Assembly: GCF_002113885.1 (NCBI RefSeq)
Contig: NW_018408028.1
Coordinates: 420,618 to 484,617, forward strand
Source: Mizuhopecten yessoensis
Taxonomy: Eukaryota
Reading direction: 5' to 3'
Length of the DNA stretch: 64,000 nt
Below are positions 53,353-64,000 of the stretch, piece by piece. The position numbers were made by a program, and so were the translations under genes. How positions within the stretch are numbered: the stretch's first letter is position 1; each line of letters starts with the position of its first letter. The notes under the pieces were generated by a model. The model searched no databases. It saw only the letters and a program-made list of their open reading frames with translations, and was not told where the DNA came from.

Positions 53353-53691
53353 TCCATATGTGAGTTAATTCCTATTACAGATAACCATTGTCTGTAGCTT
53401 TGTCGATGGGATTTTCTCAATGAGATTCATCTCCCCCAGGCAACCGATACAGGGACTTAATTTATCGACTACTTTCGCATCAAATTTATATATATAACTT
53501 GGACACGGCAAATACGAGCAAAACGATTTAGCATTTTTTTTATTTCATGAATGCATCAACTACAAACAATAATCAATCATACCTGCATGGCTATCCTTCC
53601 ACCATTTCTCTTGTACATGTAAAGCATGTTTATACAGTACAGCCTTGTTATCATACAACACTGGTCTCGATGCAAGTAGTATAAGTTATGT

Positions 53692-53956
53692 AAATATAAC
53701 TTTGTTATTCTCGGCATTACGAGAATAAGTGATATAAATATAACCTTGTTATTCTCGGCATTACGAGAATAAGTAATATATATATAACCTTGTTATTATC
53801 GGTGTATCTCGGCATTATGACAATAAGTAATATAAGTATAACCTTGTTATTCTCGGCATTACGAGAATAAGTAATATATATATAACCTTGTTATTCTCGG
53901 TGTATCTCGGCAGTATGACAATAAGTAGTATAAATATAACCTTGTCATTCTCGGCG
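53692..53956. repeat. ~44/53-bp hairpin-containing repeat, ~5-6 copies
   Basis: TATAACCTTGTTATTCTCG-GCATTA-CGAGAATAAG; alternate units carry a GTGTATCTCG insertion. Confidence 0.93.
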
Positions 53957-54764
53957 CTATTGCTACTGATTACAGTAAGACTTTACAGTTCATGGACTCT
54001 ACCTTTGATCAATAATTGTAAAATCCCACGTATGTCCTTTTGTATTTTCAAATCCTACAGATTGAGGCACGTTCAAGTTCTTTATTACCTTTGGTCTTTT
54101 GACCCATCGGTTTCAAGCCTACTTAGTACTTGGGAATTCCATGATGGATGTCAAAGAAGATGTAATCAGAACTAAAGGCCTTTTATGATTCCTCAAACAG
54201 ATGATAGGGGATAGGGATCTTTTATCAGGCAACAAAGACATAACGTTGGCTTCCATTCCTTCAATTTATTGTTTATTGTCAACAATATCTGTTTTTCGCA
54301 TTAAGTATTCCTGATATTAATTTACCATTTTTTTCTCTCTCAGGAAAACATAACTGTCAACAAAATATGGATACCTTATCTCCTGACACGATGAATTTTA
54401 AATCATTCAAACACCGGTATGAACGCAATGCTGGTTTACATGGCCTCTGACAACATCTTCGCTTGCAGGTTTCTGCAATATACATATGTATCTGATATCA
54501 TGAATTTGATCTCTGTGACCTTCAAAGTAGTTGAAGGTCATTAATTTGAACAAACGTTATAGTACTTCACTCCATATCTTCTGTGTGTTTTATGTAGGTT
54601 TAAATATGTTGCCGGGGAAATGTAAAGGACCAATGGGTCACTTATTTGGGGCTTAAATTTGAAATGAGGACGTCACAAACATGACGTCACAATAAAAACG
54701 AAAATACATTGCCATCTACTGAAACAAAATTTCTTATCTTTAATAGGTCTACAATTTGCAGTTC

Positions 54765-54845
54765 GGTGGGGTGCTTGATGGGGGTACTTGGTTGGGGAGT
54801 GCTTGGCGGGGATGCTTGGTTGGGGAGTGCTTGGCGGGGAGGGGT
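54765..54845. repeat. G-rich short repeat, potential G-quadruplex
   Basis: GGGG(A)GTGCTTGG units; at least six G4+ runs in 80 bp. Confidence 0.75.
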
Positions 54846-57800
54846 TTCTTGTTAAGTGTGTCGGCAGCTGTATGTGCTTGTTTTGAAATACGAGTAGACT
54901 GGGGCCTCTGTCTGTCGCACGCCCTCGCTTCAGTTGCCGTGATATCTGTTCTAGCTGCACACCCTATCCTACGGCCATTAGCTTCTGTAATCATTGACAG
55001 CTAACCGATACACACTCGACAATATAACTTCGATTATTATTGGATTTGCATTATCGAGTAGTTATTCCTGGGGCTATGGTTATATGTTCGCGCGCATGAG
55101 CGCCATGTAATCAATAACTGCGCTATGTGAGCGGACCTTACATGATTGAAAATTAGCTCGGGGTTACACTAGGTGGAATGCAAAGATAATCTATAAATGT
55201 AAGGAGCATTGCAAGTACAAAGTAGTCGATAGTTAAGTAACGCGTTCACCTCCTCTTTGACGTCGAGGACGACTAAGCTAACAAGATCGTCTGTAGTAAT
55301 TATCGGTTATTATACCTGTATGTCGTAGAGGATGCTGAGCAGTAGTGAGCAGCGGCTTTCACTGTTCAAGTATTACGGGATGGTTTTAGCCAATCATTTT
55401 GTTATAATTCTGTTATCACTGAAAGTAAGTCGGATATATTTAGCGAGTACTTATACCATCAATATCGGGTCCTTAATGAGATCTCATTTAGTGATTTTTG
55501 CATAGAGTTTTATCATTGAATAATAACAATAACATTATTTTTCTGACCATCAAACAAGTTTCGAACGAATTTATTTTGAATTCTAAGACATCACATCTAT
55601 TGTACCGATTGTGACGTCAAAATTGAACACAATGTGACGTTTTATTAATAACATACAAAAATATTTACATTCTTTAGTCTTTGACATATACACTACAATG
55701 CCGTAGCACAGGGCGTACTTGGTAGACGTCCGCCGTGAAACCGCCCTTGGTGTAGTTTTGTTATGCGAATATGATTAACATTAAACATGATTAGCTTGAT
55801 TTTAAAGTAAAAATAAGACGTGTAAGGTACTTGATAATAATTAACGACTTGTATAAATTACACGAATTTAATTTTGAAAATGTAACTACTTTTTGTTTGT
55901 TTTGTTATCATGCTGTTGCTAGGACCCCAAGCGGACGTTTGACATTTTCCCGCGAAAACACGCTGCTCTCTCTACTTTGCATAGTCCCATGCATAAATAG
56001 AATGTTGAAAATTAAATTTCATTCCTTAAATATTACGTTGCTAGCCATGCGACCCATGCAGTCGCATATTATCTGTTGCATTATTCTGTTAGCAAGGTCA
56101 GTTCCCAACAGGGTGCTATCCAATTGTACAGCTGGGTGTACTGGCGGGTAAAGTTTGGCTACACAATTCGTGTTCAAGAGCATAACCAATATATGTGATA
56201 CCGCATCTTCGTTAAAATTCAATTTGTTCAATACGAATTAAATCATGTAATATCACATAACTATTACATGATTCAATCATAAATTCCAATAACACTAGCT
56301 AATTAATGCATATCCTCGTTAGCGCGGACTTGTTGATTTTATGAAATTTTCATATTCGTTTTTATTAAAAAACATTACATCTACTCTACAAATTACTATA
56401 AACAGTTTTTAGCCATACGCACACATATTGCCCTCAGATATGAAATAAATATGTAAATAAGCCTTGAGGAGGAGGAGTACGACCGTGTGTGGTCGCGTTG
56501 AATTACTCGGATCGACACATTTTCGGTATTATTGAGATTCCATACATTTCGTCCTATTCGACCACACAGATTCAGCGGGTGCCATGTTTCAGGTCTAGTC
56601 AGCTTCACTGCCTCGTTGTTATCCTTCATGTACCATGAGCTGTACAACGTAGTGGACTGTTTAAAACAAGAACTTTGTATACTTAACGGTGACAACAGAA
56701 ACATCTTTCTGTGGGTATTTTGGTAGTATGGGTCGTGATCAATGGTTAAAATCCATTTGAAACAAATACACGCATAAGATAACTGAACATTTTACATATT
56801 TTTCCCGGCCACGTTTCCCGCACAGAATCTGTAATAAGTATCGGTTTTACATGTAAACATGTTGTAGGTATTTCTATTGTTTTATCAGGTAGGTGATCTG
56901 GTAACAAGGAATACCTGAGCGATGCAATTCACCATTCGGTAAAACGTAAAATATTGTCGAGTTTCTGGTTACCGGAAAGATATTTCCTAGCATTTAATGA
57001 CGCAATAAACATCAGTTGCCTGCAGTATTACAGATAACACTGACACTAAGATAGAGTAACAAATACAAAATAACCGACACACGTATCGACAAAACACCTG
57101 TGGATTATAAAGAGAAACTTATAATAAAAACTTCAATGAATTAAACATGGAAAAGGAACTTAAAATAAAAAAAAACGCCACAAAATAAAAATCCCCATAG
57201 ACGTAGATCGTATTTTACTATGTGCTCTAATACCGTGCAGTTCATCGCTTTCGGCAATATTTACGAACGACCTAATCTATAATCCCTGATTTCACAGATG
57301 AAATACGGGGTAAATACATGGATGTAGCGCACATCTTTGAAGATGGCATCACACGACCTACATTGGTGTATTTAAAGAGTGTTGGGTTTTAAGTCTGGAT
57401 TTTTACTTGGAAGTCGTTAAAACAGAAATGATTGGTAATTTTGTACATAGATAAACAATGGAAATTTCAAGGGAGGGTTGTAAAATAAAAAGGCAATGCG
57501 GACCTGGTTGTCCACTAATATTGTATGGAGCTTCGGCAAATTAACCGAACTCAGAAAACATATAATTTTCTCTCCAGAAGGGAAAACGAATACCAGAGTG
57601 CATGTGCTATTTTTAAGTGTGTCTTCCAACTCTTGCTTTGTCTGGTTTTTTTTTACTCCCCCCCCCTAACACATGTATTGCCCCCNATACTTCTTTACAA
57701 TAAGAATATGTCACCGTCCATTTAACAGATTCAAATCACCATTTATAATTTCGCATGAACTCTTTCGTAAAGAAGATGAGAGTAATTTTTAGGTAATATA

Positions 57801-58984
57801 CACCCTTAATACGAACAAATGCCCACCGACACCATAAGTCGATTTATTACCCGCTATAAGGCATGACATATATACATTGATCAAACTACTCACTTTTATT
57901 TGCTGAACAGATGTCGACTATTTAGATATATTGAAGCAAAACACTACACCACGTGACTACATTGACGGTCACAGGTGGCGACAAGGTTGTATTGCAGTTC
58001 ACGTCCCTTTTATTTACGTTTTCTTTTGAAAACTGATGCATTTTTGAAAAAGCTAATGAAATATTGTTAACAGATCAAGATATTATCGTCAAGTTCATTT
58101 GATAAATTCTTGCAACGAATTCATACCATTCCGAATGATAAATATTTGACCAGGTTGTACGTATTTACTTAAATACTTAATACAAAGAGTGTAAGTAAGC
58201 TATCCTATCATGTAAAATGTTCACTATCGTGTACATGTATTTAGTATACCTATGCTAAATATCCAGAAAATAATGGCTCAAATATATTCTCTGCAGCATA
58301 GCAATATGGCACATCAATAGATCAAATGCCATGTCCTGTCATGGCTAGTCTGGATGGACGTGGTGAATCCCCCTACCGGACGACTAGCGCAAACGTATTA
58401 AGGGAAGTAACCTCCCCGGTTCAGCGAGTCAGATCGCACTACACGTACCCCATATCTACCCAATAAACTGTAGCGCATACCTTTGAAATCTGGTAGGGCT
58501 TCTCCCAGGTATCTGTGTACTACTGCTCAATCCATACCACTTGAGACTCACTTAAACAAATTCATATTGCATCACAATCCCGAACTTAAAAACCATGTTG
58601 TATATCATTTCAACAGAACACTCGTTGGTATTTTTACTCAATTTGTCAGAAACTAAAGTTATTACAAATGGAAAATATTCCGTATCACATTCTGCCAAAT
58701 ATTTAAGCTTCAGAAAACATTTAATTCCTCTATGAAACTGAGACGGTTGCCAGCACTCTGAAGGGAGGGTACACGCGAGGAATGAATGCTACTACATTTG
58801 TACTGATAAGCATATCATTTATTTCAAGCATTTATTTTATAACTGTTTTCTTTCTTTTCTTAAACTATTTTCAATTGATAAACAAGTATCTACTTTAATG
58901 AATTTAAAAATGATTATCTCACTTAAAGGAGAAAGCATTTGTACATACTGAACAGTTTGAAAAATGACATTTTCAAAAATACAG

Positions 58985-59174
58985 TATTCCTTCTTTGCGT
59001 ATTGCAGAGTTATCTTCTCTTGAGAGCAGGGATTGATTGTTACGTCATTTGTTTGTGAGAGTAAAGTCATCAATTTTTGAGAAAACGACGTAATTTTCTC
59101 ACACGAACCAATGACGTAACAATCAATACCTGCTCTCAAGAGAAGATAACTCTGCAAAACGCAAATACAGTATA
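58985..59174 (-). mobile_element. Palindromic MITE, copy 2 (opposite orientation)
   Basis: Same TIRs as 25670-25859; central segment is the reverse complement (GTCATCAATTTTTGAGAAAACGACGTAATTTTC). Confidence 0.92.
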
Positions 59175-59399
59175 CCATTGTACCAGATGTAAGTGATTTT
59201 GTTGTTTTGCGTGAATGTTATGTATCTATAGTTGTAGAAGGTGACGTGCTAATATCCGACATGTCTTTTTCAGAATGGGAGGTTCTAATGGATTTGCATT
59301 GTTCAATTCTGAACCACAACATGAATTGACATTATTGGCTAAATTTATTACCAATATTAATGACATAATTAATTTACAATACTAATGTCCATCCTGTTC

Positions 59400-59497
59400 C
59401 ACCATGTATTATTGCCACCCATTTGTATATATGTATTCTCTACACTGTATTGTTTATGAGAATAAAACAATTGTCATTGTCATTGTCATTGTCATTG
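59400..59497 (+). mobile_element. Non-LTR retrotransposon 3' tail
   Basis: TGTA-rich UTR-like tract, AATAAA at 59461, then (ATTGTC)4+. Confidence 0.55.
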
Positions 59498-59974
59498 CCA
59501 CATTTGTGGTTTGTAACAGTGGTCCCTTACGACCTTGAGCAGGTTTTAACTCTTCAATCTATAGCTGTCTAGTATCTCGTTAACCTTCGTATAATGAGTG
59601 GTTTACAAGGACAACAATACTAAACGAATGTAGAATTAAGCTCAATTACTAACCTTCCAATGTTCGTGAATTGATTATGCTCAATTGCCAGTTTGGCTGT
59701 CGCTGTTGCTCTGGGAAAGAAGAGGTCCACCGGCCAATGTCGCTCACCTGTCTATCTACACAAAAACTGCTTACTGGAGATGGAAGTGGTCATCTCAGAT
59801 TTCTAACTGACTGAAATAATTACAATATGTTCACTAGATTAATTTAGCGACAGCCATAAGACGTTTGTTTCAAAAAAATCTGACGGGATTGGAAATTTGT
59901 CGAATCACAGAACAGGGTGCAAATCTTTGATTTCGAATCAACCCGCAAAAATAGCACCGAAAATAATAGCACCT

Positions 59975-60937
59975 GTATCAGTATCTCAGCGCTCATTAAA
60001 CACACTTCGGTAAGTACCTCAGCACAAATACAGCGCTACAACACTTCCGTTTGTACCTAAACACTTATAAAACTCACTTTCGTTAGTACCTCATCACTAA
60101 AACAACACACTTCCGTTAGTAACTCAGCACTGATACAGCACACTTTCGTAAGTACCTCAGCACTGGTACAACAAACTTCCGTTTGTATCTCAGCGCTGAT
60201 ACAACACACTTACGTTAGTACCTCAGCAATGATACAGCACACTTCCGTTAGTAGCTCAGCACTGATACAGCACACTTTCGTAAGTACCTCAGCACTGGTA
60301 CAACACACTTCCGTTAGTACCTCAACACTGATACAACACACTTACGTTTGTATCTCAGCACTGGTACAACACACTTCCGTCAGTACCTCAGCAATGATAC
60401 AGCACACTTTCGTTAGTACCTCAGCACTGATACAACACACTTCCGTTAGTACCTCAGCACTGATACAACACACTTCCGTTAGTACCTCAGCACTTGTACA
60501 ACACACTTCCGTAAGTACCCCAGCAATGATACAACACACTTCCGTCCGTACCTCAGCACTGATACAACACACTTCCGTTAGTACCTCAGCACTGATACAA
60601 CACACTTCCGTTAGTACCTCAGCACTGGTACAACACACTTCCGTTAGTACCTCAGCACTGATACAACACACTTCCGTTTTTATCTCAGCACTGGTTCAAC
60701 TCACTTCCGTCAGTACCTCAGCAATGATACAGCACACTTTCGTTAGTACCTCAGCACTGATAAAGCACACTTTCGTTATTACCTCAGCAATGATACAGCA
60801 CACTTTCGTTAGTATCAACACACTTCCGTCAGTACCTCAGCGCTGATACAACACCCTTTATTTAGTACCTCAGCACTGATACAACACACTTCCGTTAGTA
60901 CCTTAGCACTGATACAACACACTTCCGTCAGTACCTA
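59975..60937. repeat. 33-bp minisatellite, ~29 copies
   Basis: Unit GTACCTCAGCACTGATACAACACACTTCCGTTA. Confidence 0.97.
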
Positions 60938-62709
60938 AGAATGACACGTGTTATACAAAACATCTCAGACAATACCCTAGCATGTAAATACCACATATAT
61001 ATATTTACATAGGGGGTCTTTATGTGTATAAAAAGAAAAAGAGGAAAAATAATTGACCTTGTTCTTATAAAAACTTATATCCTTAGGTCAACATGTGCTT
61101 TTCTCGTGATCTAGCTAGAACCCATGTGACGGACTGATTTCTATTTTTGACGTTGTTTGTAACAACACATTATTATGTTTAAAAGCTGTGTCACAGCATG
61201 CATCGCAACTATAAAAAGAGTTTGCATTGGTAATCCCCTTGGAACTATATTGCTACTATAAATAGCATGTCTGTCCGTATGAGATAATCAAATCCTATCC
61301 GACCCCTCCTATTGTTAAAGCTCCTGAAGATAGGCGCATTCCTAAAGCGTTGATAACAACTGCTGGTTGTGTTTTCACTACAGCATTCGATGACCTACAC
61401 CATGTTACCTATTAGCACAGTCAAGAAATATCACGTGTACTATAAGTAAGCGCCGCGCTCACATATATCTCATCGGCCTCGTTTTGACCCATCAGACGTG
61501 CTTTTACTAAGCACCAACCGCGGCGACCGTCCGGATCAAAACACCGCCCCCGGGTCGAAGATTAGAAAACACTTCCTCCTGAAACTGCTACCGTTGTGGT
61601 ACGGTATTAATAACAATTTATCTTGTAACATTTTTAATATCTTGGAATTGTATGTAAACTGTATTAGTCTTCTGTCATATCTCAACAAACACCTCTCAAC
61701 AAGATACGAAAGTAAGCCTAGCTTTACTACATTCACAGCATGATACGAAACTAATGTAAAATTTACTCCCCTTCAAACTCCTGATACAACAAAAATGTTG
61801 TTACTTCCTATCCTCACGAACATAACCCCCTTAGGCTCTTTTTGTGGTCTTCTGAGTGAATATTGATAAACGATTATGTGTAAAGCATCAGGTTTCTTTC
61901 CAAGTTACAGTTTTAGTCCTCACCCTATCACTGCTGATAGATATCGTATTGCTTGTGTAAATTAAATTAGATACTGGAAACTCGGTGTTCTCCTACAATC
62001 CAGAATACTCGTCAATCCGGAATCAAATATGCTAAAAAAATCACTTGTTCGAAAAATTTGCAATATACCACAGGTCGTTATAATGAGGTGCTTTACTGTT
62101 GTGAAAAATAAGATAATTGTTTGGATGGTCATGGAAGAATATCATGAACAGCAACAGTGCATTGACACACGCAAAGGTGGGTATATGTACGATAGTTTAA
62201 AATATCACTGTGCAAGATAAAACAGTAAATGTACATTTGAAAGAGTTAACTCTTGCCTAGACATCCTTGAAGTGATATCATGGATGCGATTTTGCTATGT
62301 AAGATACGTTTGAGCTGCTGTAGTTTTCAGGCTGTTATACAGAATCCAGCGAACGCCATATTGATGAAATTAGTCAGGTCGATACTGCCTACACCATCCA
62401 TGGTCCAAATCTCCAAATTAATCAACACTAGTGGCGATGAGAGTAAACAGACGCAATGACAGAACAGCCAAGAAAACACTCTTGGTCAAAAGAATAGCAA
62501 AGAAAACAAATCTGATCATCTATGCAACAGCCAAGAAAAGAAGACTGATAAAAAATTATGCTTTGTCAACAGAATAGCCAAAAGGTATGTTTGATCAATT
62601 AGATAACAAAATATTATACAATTATTAATCTCTTTGTGTTGGATATCATGAGTTACCCATCAAATTAAAACAAAATGCAAACAAAGAAAGATAGAAAGTT
62701 TCATCAGCA

Positions 62710-64000
62710 GAACAGCTAGCTATGAACACAAGTTTGATCAACAGAACAGCCAGATGTGAACACAAGTTTGATTAACAGAACAGCCAGCCATGAACACAAG
62801 TTTGATTAACAGAACAGCCAGTCATGAACACAAGTTTGATCGACAAAACAGTCAGCTGTAAAAAGTTTGATCCGCATAACGGTCGGCCATGAACACAACA
62901 GCCATGAACACAACAGCCATGATCACAAGTTTGATCAACAGAACAGCAAGCTATGACCACAAGTTTGATCAACAGAACAGCCAGCTGTGCACACAAGTTT
63001 GATCAACATAACGGTCGGCCATGACACAAGTTTGATCGTCAAAACAGCCAGCTATGAACGCATGTTTGATCAACAGAACAGCCAGCTATGAACGCATGTT
63101 TGATCAACAAAACAGCCAGCCATGAACACATGTTTGATCAACAAAACAGCCAGTCATGAACACAAGTGTGATCTGCATAACGGTCGGCCATGACCACAGG
63201 TTTGATCTGCATAACGGTCGGCCATGACCACAAGTTTGATTTGCATAACGGTCGGCCATGATCACAAGTTTGATCCGGATAACGGTCGGCCATGAACACA
63301 AGTTTGATCTGCATAACGGTCGGTCATGAACACAAGTTTGATCAACAAAACAGCCAGCTATGAACGCATGCTTGATCAACAAAACAGCCAGCCATGAACA
63401 CATGTTTGATCAACAAAACAGCCAGTCATGAACACAAGTGTGATCTGCATAACGGTCGGCCATGACCACAGGTTTGATCTGCATAACGGTCGGCCATGAC
63501 CACAAGTTTGATTTGCATAACGGTCGGCCATGAACACAAGTGTGATCGGCATAACGGTCGGCCATGAACACAAGTTTGATCTGTATAACGGTCGGCCATG
63601 AGCACAAGTTTGATCTGCATAACGGTCGGCCATGAACACAAGTTTGATCTGTATAACGGTCGGTCATGAGCACAAGTTTGATCTGCATAACGGTCGGCCA
63701 TGAACACAAGTTTGATCTGTATAACGGTCGGCCATGATCACAAGTTTGATCCGCATAACGGTCGGCCATGAAAACAAGTTTGATCTGCATAACGGTCGGT
63801 CATGAACACAAGTTTGATCAACAAAACAGCCAGCCAAGAACACAAGTTTGATCTGCATAACGGTCGGCCATGAACACAAGTTTGTTCAACAAAACAGCCA
63901 GCCAGGAACACAAGTTTGATCTGCATAGCGGTCGGCCATGAACACAAGTTTGATCCGCATACCGGTCGGCCATTAACACAAGATTGATCCGCATAACGGG
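62710..64000. repeat. 34-bp minisatellite with two monomer types and an 8-unit higher-order repeat; runs off the window end
   Basis: ATGAACACAAGTTTGATC followed by either AACA(A/G)AACAGCCAGCC or TGCATAACGGTCGGCC; decayed copies extend back to ~62455. Confidence 0.97.

Noticed and set aside
53888-59178. Assorted 60-115-aa ORFs in unique sequence
   Set aside because: No recognisable domains, mostly non-ATG starts, and composition typical of random AT-rich DNA
60229-60846. 205-aa Ser/Thr-rich mucin-like ORF
   Set aside because: Lies wholly within a 33-bp array whose flanking units contain stops; no signal peptide or splice context
1476-64000. CRISPR arrays
   Set aside because: Repeats are head-to-tail without unique spacers, there are no cas genes, and the context is eukaryotic

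Overview
Eukaryotic, AT-rich, essentially non-coding DNA, most likely from a bivalve mollusc. That assignment rests on SINE, MITE and Helentron motifs I recognise from memory as scallop/oyster-like, not on a database search. Roughly a third or more of the window is short-period tandem arrays (about 25 unrelated minisatellites, units 17-72 bp). All long ORFs in the track come from those arrays. Interspersed elements: an internally deleted Crypton (tyrosine-recombinase transposon) keeping its N-terminal coding fragment and a ~60-bp terminal hairpin; a Helentron/HINE-like element carrying two internal satellites; two opposite-orientation copies of a ~190-bp palindromic MITE; tRNA-derived SINE pieces; LINE-type 3' tails; and a ~200-bp direct-repeat-flanked unit with a degenerate hammerhead-like core (candidate retrozyme or Penelope remnant). 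One well-formed minus-strand exon (7583-7694) appears to carry a start codon (MTLKQALHFATIHKF...), suggesting the window is intronic/5' territory of an unidentified gene. CACGTG and TGACGTCA motifs look over-represented by eye. There is no CRISPR array, rRNA or intact protein-coding gene. There are two assembly gaps. I cannot confirm a novel system; the best leads are listed under findings.
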